A stretch of 60,006 nt of DNA from Steroidobacteraceae bacterium. Lineage in GTDB: Bacteria; Pseudomonadota; Gammaproteobacteria; Steroidobacterales; Steroidobacteraceae. Under the pieces are notes generated by a model. That model was not told the origin of the DNA, ran no database searches, and saw nothing but the letters and a program-made list of their open reading frames with translations. Of the stretch, positions 52,703 through 60,006 are shown in pieces; position 1 is the first letter of the stretch, and every line of letters begins with the position of its first letter. Location of the stretch: assembly GCA_035542135.1 (NCBI GenBank), contig DATKLZ010000092.1:1-60006 (forward strand), given 5' to 3'. Both the position numbers and the translations under genes were made by a program.

Positions 52703-53754
52703 GACCGATGGCGCACGACGAGCCCGGGGAGGCAACGGTCCCGACGCTGGCGCAGCGCGTGTTCGCGGCGCTGGCCGACGGCGCGGTGCACTCGGGCGAG
52801 CAGCTTGCCGCCGAACAGCGCGTCAGCCGCACGGCAATCTGGAAGGCCGTCGGTGCGCTGCAGGAGCTGGGCGTGGCGATCGAAGCCACGCCGAACCGTG
52901 GCTACCGGATGACCCGGCCGGTCACGCCCCTGCACGCCGGGGCCATCAGCGCAGGGCTCGAGCCCGAGGTGCGCGCACGGCTGCGGCACGGCGATGTGGC
53001 CTGGACGCTCGCTTCGACGAACAGCACGCTGCTCTCGCGCGGCGCCGGCCCCCTGCCGGGCGCAGCCGCGCAATTGCCGGCGGGCCAATTCGATTTCCTC
53101 GCGGCCGAATACCAGAGCGCGGGGCGCGGCCGCAACGCGCGCCGCTGGTTCGCGCCGCCGGGCGGGGCGCTGTGCCTGTCGCTGGCGTGGAGTTTCGCTG
53201 CGCTCCCCAGGCACGCCGCGGCGTTGAGCCTCGCGGTCGGGGTCTGCGCGCGCCGTGCACTGGCGGGCCTGGCGCCGTCCGAGGTGCGGCTCAAGTGGCC
53301 CAATGACCTGCTGGTCGGCGAGCGCAAGCTCGGGGGCATCCTGATCGAACTGCGCGCCGAGAGCGGCGGTCCCGCGTACGTCGTCATCGGCGTGGGCATC
53401 AACTGCGCGCTCGGCGACGCCGTCAGCGAGCAGGTGCGCGGCACCGGGTCCGAGGCGATCGACCTGGCCGCGCTGGGCGTGGCGCACTGCGACCGCAATC
53501 GCCTCGCCGCCGGGCTGCTCGGCCACATCGTGCGCGGCGTGCAGGAGTTCGAGCGCGCGGGGCTCCAGCCGTTCGCCGCCGAATGGGCCGCGGCCGACGC
53601 GCTCGCGGGGCGCGTCGTCAGCGTGGCGCTGGCCGATGGTGCGTTCATCGGGCACGCGCGCGGCATCGACGCCGACGGCGCCTTGTGCGTGCACGGCAAC
53701 GGCGCGCTGCGGCGCTTCAACAGCGGTGAAGTCAGCGTGAGGGCCAGTCCTTGA
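52699..53754 (+). CDS. birA: Bifunctional biotin-[acetyl-CoA-carboxylase] ligase / biotin operon repressor
   Basis: N-terminal HTH (SGEQLAAEQRVSRTAIWKAV), GRGRNARRW biotin loop, KWPNDL. Confidence 0.9.
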   Translation: MRPMAHDEPGEATVPTLAQRVFAALADGAVHSGEQLAAEQRVSRTAIWKAVGALQELGVAIEATPNRGYRMTRPVTPLHAGAISAGLEPEVRARLRHGDVAWTLASTNSTLLSRGAGPLPGAAAQLPAGQFDFLAAEYQSAGRGRNARRWFAPPGGALCLSLAWSFAALPRHAAALSLAVGVCARRALAGLAPSEVRLKWPNDLLVGERKLGGILIELRAESGGPAYVVIGVGINCALGDAVSEQVRGTGSEAIDLAALGVAHCDRNRLAAGLLGHIVRGVQEFERAGLQPFAAEWAAADALAGRVVSVALADGAFIGHARGIDADGALCVHGNGALRRFNSGEVSVRASP

Positions 53755-54518
53755 GCGTGCTGCTGATCGACGCGGGCAACACCCGCCTCAAGTGGGCGCT
53801 GCTGCGTGGCACGCGGCTCGGGCGCGCCCGCGCACTCGGCTGGAACGCGCGCAGCATGGATCGTGTCGCGCGCACCGTGCTGCGCACGCGCGCGGAACGG
53901 GTGCTCGTGTGCAGCGTCGCCGGCGCGGCGTTCGAACGTGCCTTGCGCCGTGCCGCGCGCGCGGCGGGCCACCGCAGTCCGCAGTTCGTGCGCAGCACGC
54001 GTCGCGCGGCCGGCGTGCGCAATGGCTATGTCGAGACCTGGCGGCTCGGCGCCGATCGCTGGGTGGCGATGCTCGGTGCAAGCGCCTTGTTCGCCGGCCG
54101 AGCGCTGTGCGTCGTCGACATCGGCACCGCCTTCACGCTCGATCTGCTGGATCGGGAAGGCCGCCACCGCGGCGGACTGATCGTGCCCGGGCCGACGCTG
54201 ATGGTCGATTCATTGCTGCAGGATACCGCCGGCATCCGCAGGCGGGCGGGGCGCAACGTGCGCGCCATGCGCCGGCCCGGCAGCGCGTTCGGCCGCAGCA
54301 CGCGCGCCGGGCTGCTCGCGGGCAGCGCCATGGCCTGCGCGGCGCTGGTCGAACGCGCCTTGCGCGAGGCGCGGCGCGAACTCGGCCACCGGCCGTTGCT
54401 GCTGCTGTCGGGCGGCGGCGCCGCGCAGGTGGCGCCGCTCCTCACCGTGGCGCACCGCCGCGTCGAGGGCCTCGTGCTGCACGGGCTGGCAGTGCTCGCC
54501 CGGCTCGAATCCCGGTAG
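53751..54518 (+). CDS. coaX: Type III pantothenate kinase
   Basis: LLIDAGNTRLKWAL N-terminus, GADRW, VVDIGTA. 4-bp overlap with birA. Confidence 0.88.
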   Translation: MSVLLIDAGNTRLKWALLRGTRLGRARALGWNARSMDRVARTVLRTRAERVLVCSVAGAAFERALRRAARAAGHRSPQFVRSTRRAAGVRNGYVETWRLGADRWVAMLGASALFAGRALCVVDIGTAFTLDLLDREGRHRGGLIVPGPTLMVDSLLQDTAGIRRRAGRNVRAMRRPGSAFGRSTRAGLLAGSAMACAALVERALREARRELGHRPLLLLSGGGAAQVAPLLTVAHRRVEGLVLHGLAVLARLESR

Positions 54519-54528
54519 ACTCACGGCC

Positions 54529-55248
54529 GTGCGCGCACTGCTGATTTCCCTGGTACTGGCCAACCTGCTGTTCTTCGGCTGGTCGTACTGGATCGACCGG
54601 CCCGAGCCCGGACGCGGGCCGACCGCGGGCGTCGCGCCGCTCAGGCTCGCCGCGGCCGCGGGAGCAGGCGCCGGTGCGAACGGCACGGTCCCCGCCTCAG
54701 GATCCGCGCCCGCGGCGAGCGCCGCGCGCTGCTCCAGCCTGGGGCCGCTGGCCGACGAAGTCATCGCCTCGGTGGTGGGCACGGCGCTGCGCGCGCGCAA
54801 CTACACGCCGCGCGAACGCACCGTGCAATCGGACGTGACCGACGGCTACTGGGTCTACATCGACAACCTGCGCGATGCCGGAGCGCGCGAGCAGGCCCTG
54901 AAGCGCCTGGCGCGCGCCGGCGTGCGCGATGCCGCGGCGCTGGCGGACAGCGGCCAGGTCTCGGTCGGCCTGTTCAGTGCGCAGGCGGGCGCAAACCTGC
55001 GCGCTGCCGCAGTGCGCTCCGCCGGGCTCGCGCCGGTCATCGAGGCCCGCACGCACCAGGTGAAGGAGATCTGGTTCGACATCGATCTGGGCAACGGCGC
55101 ACCGCCGCCGGCCGTGAATTCGCTGGTGCAGGGCCTGAATCTCGCGACACCGCCCGCGTGGGCCGCGTGTCCGGCCGGTGCCGGTGCTGGTGCCGGTGCG
55201 CCCGCGCCGGTCGCCGCGCCCGCAACGCCGGCGACGCCGCCCGCATGA
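54529..55248 (+). CDS. SPOR domain-containing membrane protein
   Basis: GTG start. N-terminal TM span (LLISLVLANLLFFGW). The position after birA-coaX is conserved in many proteobacteria. C-terminal SPOR-like segment. Confidence 0.65.
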   Translation: MRALLISLVLANLLFFGWSYWIDRPEPGRGPTAGVAPLRLAAAAGAGAGANGTVPASGSAPAASAARCSSLGPLADEVIASVVGTALRARNYTPRERTVQSDVTDGYWVYIDNLRDAGAREQALKRLARAGVRDAAALADSGQVSVGLFSAQAGANLRAAAVRSAGLAPVIEARTHQVKEIWFDIDLGNGAPPPAVNSLVQGLNLATPPAWAACPAGAGAGAGAPAPVAAPATPATPPA

Positions 55249-55270
55249 GCAAGCCGAGGGAGGGCCGGAC

Positions 55271-55801
55271 GTGACGCTCGAGGAAACCTTCTACCTGAGC
55301 CAGACCATCGCTTCCGTCGCGGTGGTGGGTTCGCTGGTCTATCTCGGCCTGCAGGTGCGCTACGCCGAGCGCGCGCAACGCGGCATCATGCAGCAGGGGC
55401 GGGCGGACCGCACTGCGCATGCCGCCCTGACGCTCGCGCAAGGCGGGCTCTCGTCGATCTGGCATCGGGGCGCAGCCGGCGACACGAGCCTGACGCGCGA
55501 TGAGTTCGCGCAATGGATGCTGCTGTGCCGGTCGGCGTTCCTCAGCGGCGAGGATTCCTTCATGCAGCACAAGGCGGGACTCCTGTCCGACGCGGCGTTC
55601 GCGAGCTACGTGGCGGGCGTGCGTTACTACATGTCGACGCCGGGGCTGCGCGCCGCGTGGCAGGTCGGGTCCGCGCAGTTCGGGCGCGAATTCGTGGAGT
55701 TCGTAAATGGCGAACTCGCGCGCGCGCCGCTGGTCGCGCCGCCGGATGCCTATGAGCTGTGGAAAGCCCGCGTGCGCGAGGCGACCGCGCCGGCGCCCTG
55801 A
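55271..55801 (+). CDS. Hypothetical membrane protein
   Basis: GTG at 55271 with GAGGGAGGG RBS. One N-terminal TM span (IASVAVVGSLVYLGL). No family recognised. Confidence 0.5.
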   Translation: MTLEETFYLSQTIASVAVVGSLVYLGLQVRYAERAQRGIMQQGRADRTAHAALTLAQGGLSSIWHRGAAGDTSLTRDEFAQWMLLCRSAFLSGEDSFMQHKAGLLSDAAFASYVAGVRYYMSTPGLRAAWQVGSAQFGREFVEFVNGELARAPLVAPPDAYELWKARVREATAPAP

Positions 55802-55850
55802 CGTGCACGTCGGGTCGGTCTGAGGCAATATTCCGGGCCGGGCGCCGTTT

Positions 55851-55926
<76 letters not shown>

Positions 55927-56102
55927 GATCAGCGACTCATTACGAGGTCTGCCGAACGCGCTGCGTGACGCAGTTCCGCTTTCGGCCGCTGGCGAACATA
56001 AACCACTGTCGATGTGACCGCCTCGGCAGTTGCCGGGGCGCCTCCCGGGGCATCGTGCGCAAAGCTACGCATGGGCCTCACGGCCGGGAGCTGGCTTTGC
56101 CA

Positions 56103-56924
56103 GTGACACTTTCAACCTTCGGGCGGCTGATCAAGACGATCGTGCCGCGCGCCGATTGCGCCGCACTGTTCGACCGGCAGGGGCAGGCGCAATGGGTGTC
56201 CGGGAGCGAGGTTCCCGAGGACCTGAACCTGCTGGTCGCCGACCTGCTGGCCAGCGCCGATGAGGGCGGTTCCTCGTACGCGCTGCGCTGCGCGCTGAAC
56301 GCGGCCGCGAGCTACGCCTTCATCATGCGTGACCCGGATGGCGAATTGATCGGCGCGCTCGCGCTCGCGATCGACGGGCCGTTCCGCCGCGATGAATTGC
56401 TGTTGCCGCGCGTGCTCGAGCAGCGCCTCGGGCCGCTGCTGGCGGCCGGTGCGCGCGCGATCGCGGATCCCGTCGAGCGGGCGTTGGCCGGACTGGCCGC
56501 GACCGTGCGCTGTGATGCGGCGGTGGTGTGCGTGCCGCGCCAGGAATTCTTCCACTGCCACTCGACCGCCGATTCGCGCCTGCGCCGGATCGCCACGCTC
56601 CGCCGCATCGCGACCGGCGAGCTCGCCTGGCGAGCCCAGAGCGTCGGCGACACCTTGTGCGTCAACAAGGCGCGCGTCGATGCCAAGGAAGATCCGTTCC
56701 GTTTCATCAGCGTGCCGTTGCGCCACGGGGCGACGGTATTCGGCGTGCTGGTCGTGTTCACGCACGAATCGCGTCCTGGCTACGAGGCGGCCGACCGCCG
56801 CGCGGCGGCAGAAGGCGCGGTGCGGCTGGCCCGGCTGCTCGATCCGGACGGTGCCGGCGCCGCCTATTTCAACAGCCGCCGGTTGATCAACCGCACCGAG
56901 AGCGACACGCCGCAGGTCGCGTAG
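56103..56924 (+). CDS. Hypothetical protein (possible tandem GAF-like halves)
   Basis: The ORF is open from 55866, but that part overlaps the tRNA. GTG 56103 is the first plausible start. Coding-like composition. The 3' end overlaps the convergent permease gene by 61 nt. Confidence 0.45.
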   Translation: MTLSTFGRLIKTIVPRADCAALFDRQGQAQWVSGSEVPEDLNLLVADLLASADEGGSSYALRCALNAAASYAFIMRDPDGELIGALALAIDGPFRRDELLLPRVLEQRLGPLLAAGARAIADPVERALAGLAATVRCDAAVVCVPRQEFFHCHSTADSRLRRIATLRRIATGELAWRAQSVGDTLCVNKARVDAKEDPFRFISVPLRHGATVFGVLVVFTHESRPGYEAADRRAAAEGAVRLARLLDPDGAGAAYFNSRRLINRTESDTPQVA

Positions 56925-57643
56925 GCGGCGAGCACCAGCACGTCGAGCCAGGGGTGCGCGATCGGCATGCCGAGCGTCAGGCCGCGCGCGAGATCCGCGC
57001 CGTGGGTCAGTGGCAGCACCGCGCCGGTCGCCTGGATCACGGGCGGCAGGGCGGCGCGCGGATAGAACACGCCCGACAGGAACATCATCGGCGTGATCAC
57101 CAGCGTGAAGTAGAAGATGAAGAACTCGTACGACTTCGCCAGCGAGGTCATGATCAGGCCGATGCCGGAGAAGGCCAGCCCGATCAGCAGCACGACCGGC
57201 ATCACCAGCAGCGGCCGGACGCCGTGCACCAGGCCGAGCAGGTACATCGCCAGCAGCATCGCCGCGCCCGACAGCGTGGCCTTCAGCGCCGCCCAGATCC
57301 ACTCGCCGAGCACGACGTCGGCTGCGGTCATCGGCGCGTGGATGATGCCCTCCCAGGTGCGCTGTACCTTGAGCCGCGAGAATGCCGAGTACAGCGCCTC
57401 GAACGTGGCGCTGTTCATCGCGCTGTAGCAGAGCATGCCGCCGGCGAGGAAGCTGATGTAGCGCATGCCGCCGATCGACGGCATGAAGGCGCCGAGGCCG
57501 AAGCCCAGCCCGACCAGGTAGATCATCGGGTCGGCCATGTTGCCGAGCATCGAGGCGTACATGAGCTTGCGCCACACGAGGAAGTTGCGGCCGACCACGT
57601 GCAGGAAGCGCAGGCCCAGGCGTTCGATCAGCGGCTCAGTCAC
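56864..57643 (-). CDS. ABC-2 type transporter permease (NodJ-like)
   Basis: 259 aa with 6 TM spans. FLVWRKLMYASMLGN...YISFLAGGML pattern of NodJ/ABC-2 exporters. Overlaps the ATPase gene by 8 nt. Confidence 0.85.
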   Translation of the reverse strand: MTEPLIERLGLRFLHVVGRNFLVWRKLMYASMLGNMADPMIYLVGLGFGLGAFMPSIGGMRYISFLAGGMLCYSAMNSATFEALYSAFSRLKVQRTWEGIIHAPMTAADVVLGEWIWAALKATLSGAAMLLAMYLLGLVHGVRPLLVMPVVLLIGLAFSGIGLIMTSLAKSYEFFIFYFTLVITPMMFLSGVFYPRAALPPVIQATGAVLPLTHGADLARGLTLGMPIAHPWLDVLVLAAYATCGVSLSVRLINRRLLK

Positions 57644-58541
57644 GGATGTCGCGCCCGGTGAGCTTGATGAACACGTCCTCGAGGTTCGCGCTGCGCGACA
57701 GCGCGCGCAATGCGCTCTGTCCCTGCAGCGCCTCGAGCAGCGGCGCGGCTTCGCGGCAGTAGCAGAACGCGGTCTCGCCGGTCAGCTCGACGCGCTGCGC
57801 GTGGCGCGGCGCGATGTCGCGCGCGAACTCGCGCACGCCGTCGCCGTAGATCTCGACCACGTGCGGTTCGATGCGCGAGCCGATCAGCGCGCGCGGCGCG
57901 TCCTCGGCGATCAGCGCGCCGCGGTCCATGATCGCGACGCGGTCGCAGAGCCGCTCGGCCTCGTCCATGAAGTGAGTCGTCAGGATCAGCGTGCGGCCGG
58001 AGGCCGCCAGGCTCTTCAGCCGGTCCCAGATCAGGTGGCGCGCCTGCGGATCGAGCCCCGTGGTCGGCTCGTCGAGGAAGATGATCTGCGGATCGTTGAC
58101 CAGCGCGCGGGCGAGCGTCAACCGCCGCTTCATGCCGCCGGAGAGCGTATCGAGCCGGGCGCCGGCCTTGTCCTCGAGGCCGGCGAACTCCAGCAGCCGC
58201 GGCACGCGGCCCAGCATCGTGCGCCGATCGATGCCGAAGTAGCGGCCGTAGACGACGAGGTTCTCGGATACCGTGAAATCCGGATCGAGGTTGTCGAACT
58301 GCGGGCACACGCCGGTGCGGGCGCGCGCCGCGCGCGCGGCCGCCGGCACCGGCAGGCCCGCGAGCGTGATCGTGCCCGAGTCACTCGTGGTCAGGCCCAG
58401 GCAGCAGCGCAACGTCGTCGTCTTGCCGGCGCCGTTGGGGCCGAGCAGGCCGAAGCACTCGCCGGCCGCGACGCTGAAACTGACGCCGCGCACGACTTCG
58501 GTGCCGGAATAGGACTTGTGGAGATCGCCGACCTGCAGCAT
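57636..58541 (-). CDS. ABC transporter ATP-binding protein (NodI-like)
   Basis: Walker A GPNGAGKTT, signature LSGGMKRR, Walker B IIFLDEPTTGLD. Confidence 0.92.
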   Translation of the reverse strand: MLQVGDLHKSYSGTEVVRGVSFSVAAGECFGLLGPNGAGKTTTLRCCLGLTTSDSGTITLAGLPVPAAARAARARTGVCPQFDNLDPDFTVSENLVVYGRYFGIDRRTMLGRVPRLLEFAGLEDKAGARLDTLSGGMKRRLTLARALVNDPQIIFLDEPTTGLDPQARHLIWDRLKSLAASGRTLILTTHFMDEAERLCDRVAIMDRGALIAEDAPRALIGSRIEPHVVEIYGDGVREFARDIAPRHAQRVELTGETAFCYCREAAPLLEALQGQSALRALSRSANLEDVFIKLTGRDIRD

Positions 58542-58592
58542 GCAGGCCTAGTGTCGCACGTTTTCCCGCGGACGTTGCGCGGCCGGGCAGCG

Positions 58593-58868
58593 CTAGCGCG
58601 CGGCGTAGGCGTCCATCATCAGGCCGGTGCCGCCGCCGGAGATGTGCGCGACGACGGCGGTGCGCCGATGCACCTTGGTGACCGCGCCCAGGTCGATCGC
58701 GAAGGCGAGCTCGACCTGCTGGCCCTTCTTGAGTCCGAGCGAGGCGGTGCGGATGAACACGCCATTGGCGCTGAGGTTGATGGCGCGGCACAGGCGACGC
58801 TTGCCCTGCGGCATCATGATGTACACCGTGGTGCGGGCGCGATGGCGGGTGTGCAATCGTCGTTCCAT
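58593..58868 (-). CDS. PilZ domain protein (single domain, 91 aa)
   Basis: c-di-GMP binding motifs RHRAR (RxxxR) and NLSANG (D/NxSxxG). Confidence 0.75.
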   Translation of the reverse strand: MERRLHTRHRARTTVYIMMPQGKRRLCRAINLSANGVFIRTASLGLKKGQQVELAFAIDLGAVTKVHRRTAVVAHISGGGTGLMMDAYAAR

Positions 58869-58972
58869 GAAACTCTCTGCCCCCGGGCCGTGCCTGCATG
58901 TCCCCTGGCGGCGCAGACTCGGGCCGGATTCAATTATGCACCGATCCGTGCGGAATCCAACCGCAAGCTAAC

Positions 58973-59923
58973 TTAATCAAGCCGCAGCCGGACCGCAACG
59001 GGGCAATGATCGGAGAGCTTCAGCCGCCACGCATCGGCCGGTGAATAAGTCAGCCGCTCGAAGGATCCGCGCTGCAGCGCGCTCGCCAGCGTCGTGCCCA
59101 GCAGGATGTAGTCGATGTAGCCCGTGTGCGTCTGCCCGGCATAGCAATTGCGGAAGCGCTCGCCGTCAGCAGTGTTGACCAACGGCGCATCGGGCCCGCC
59201 GCCGCCGAGCTGCGCCCACAGGCCCGCACCGTGCTCGGCCTGCAGGTCGCGATTGAAATCGCCGAGCACCGCGTAGCGATGCCCGGCGCGCCGCTGCGCC
59301 TCGATCCACTCGCGCAGCGCGGGCGCCTGCCGCGCGAGCCGCTCGCAGGCGCGCGCGGCGGATTCCAGTGGCGCGCGCGCGCAGCCTGATTTCAGGTGCA
59401 CGGCGAGCAGGTGCAGTTCGTGCCGGCTGCCCGGGTAGAGCACCAGCGTCGCGCCGCGGCGCAGCTGGTCGCCGAGCGAGAGTGCCATCAGGTCCGGGCC
59501 GCAGCGGTAGGGCAGGCCGCGGCGGATCGCAAATCCGGTGTTCTGCACCTCGCGCCCGCCGGTGAAGCAGAAATCGTAGCCGCGGAACACCTGCGCGGCG
59601 GCCACGGCGCCATCGACCTCCTCGACGGCGACGACGTCGGCCGCGAGCCGTTCGGCCACGCGCTTCATGCCGGCGATGTCGGTGGCGCTGCGCTCGAGAT
59701 CCGCGGCCACGTCGCAGGGAATGCTGCGTGGATTCCAGCGGTGGCCCGCTTCATCGCGCGTGCAGTTGCGCTTGAGCGCCTTGAAGGCGCCGGGCGTCAG
59801 GAACCATTCCATGTTCCAGGTGGCCAGCTTGAGCGTGGCAGGGGTCGCCACGGCCGGAGCCAGCGCCGCGAGCAGGCAGGACCACAGGGCGGGAAAGGCT
59901 CGCGCGGCGCCTCGAAAGCTCAT
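58973..59923 (-). CDS. Secreted endonuclease/exonuclease/phosphatase (EEP) family protein
   Basis: Signal peptide. LATWNMEW N-terminal motif, GDFNRD, and C-terminal LSDHCPV. Confidence 0.85.
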   Translation of the reverse strand: MSFRGAARAFPALWSCLLAALAPAVATPATLKLATWNMEWFLTPGAFKALKRNCTRDEAGHRWNPRSIPCDVAADLERSATDIAGMKRVAERLAADVVAVEEVDGAVAAAQVFRGYDFCFTGGREVQNTGFAIRRGLPYRCGPDLMALSLGDQLRRGATLVLYPGSRHELHLLAVHLKSGCARAPLESAARACERLARQAPALREWIEAQRRAGHRYAVLGDFNRDLQAEHGAGLWAQLGGGGPDAPLVNTADGERFRNCYAGQTHTGYIDYILLGTTLASALQRGSFERLTYSPADAWRLKLSDHCPVAVRLRLD

Positions 59924-60006
59924 GTGGAAGGACCTTAAGGTAAATCGGACGCAGGCGTCACGCCGTTTATCGGCCGGTATCGCCCGTTAATCGGCTGCCG
60001 CTGTAC

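Overview
High-GC (about 70%) proteobacterial chromosome segment. The gene content (SapC, large TonB-dependent receptors, DUF3014, PsiF, many ECF sigma modules) suggests Xanthomonadales/Lysobacterales, but that assignment is low confidence. The window opens inside an rRNA operon with the 3' part of 23S followed by 5S. It then runs through about 60 densely packed, mostly housekeeping or envelope genes on both strands.

The standout feature is a 709-nt insertion (141..849) in the 23S gene, at the peptidyl-transferase-centre position equivalent to E. coli U2593. It has the hallmarks of a group I intron: the 5' exon ends in U, the intron ends in G, there is an internal guide sequence, a GNRA-capped P2, R/S-like P7 core elements, and P8 and P9 hairpins. 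It carries a 183-aa single-motif LAGLIDADG homing endonuclease that is colinear with I-CreI. The rejoined exons recreate the I-CreI homing site as I remember it.

Other notable content:
- Three separate ECF sigma/anti-sigma modules. One has a TGAATCC-N16-CGAA motif present three times in its divergent promoter region.
- A PHA locus that combines class III PhaE/PhaC, a class I PhaC, a phasin, PhaR and an SDR reductase.
- The birA-coaX-SPOR genes followed by a single tRNA-Thr(UGU).
- A NodI/NodJ-like ABC exporter.
- Several translationally coupled gene pairs of unclear function.

I saw no CRISPR array, transposase, integrase or prophage genes. Many long ORFs in the supplied track are antisense shadows typical of high-GC DNA, and I rejected them.
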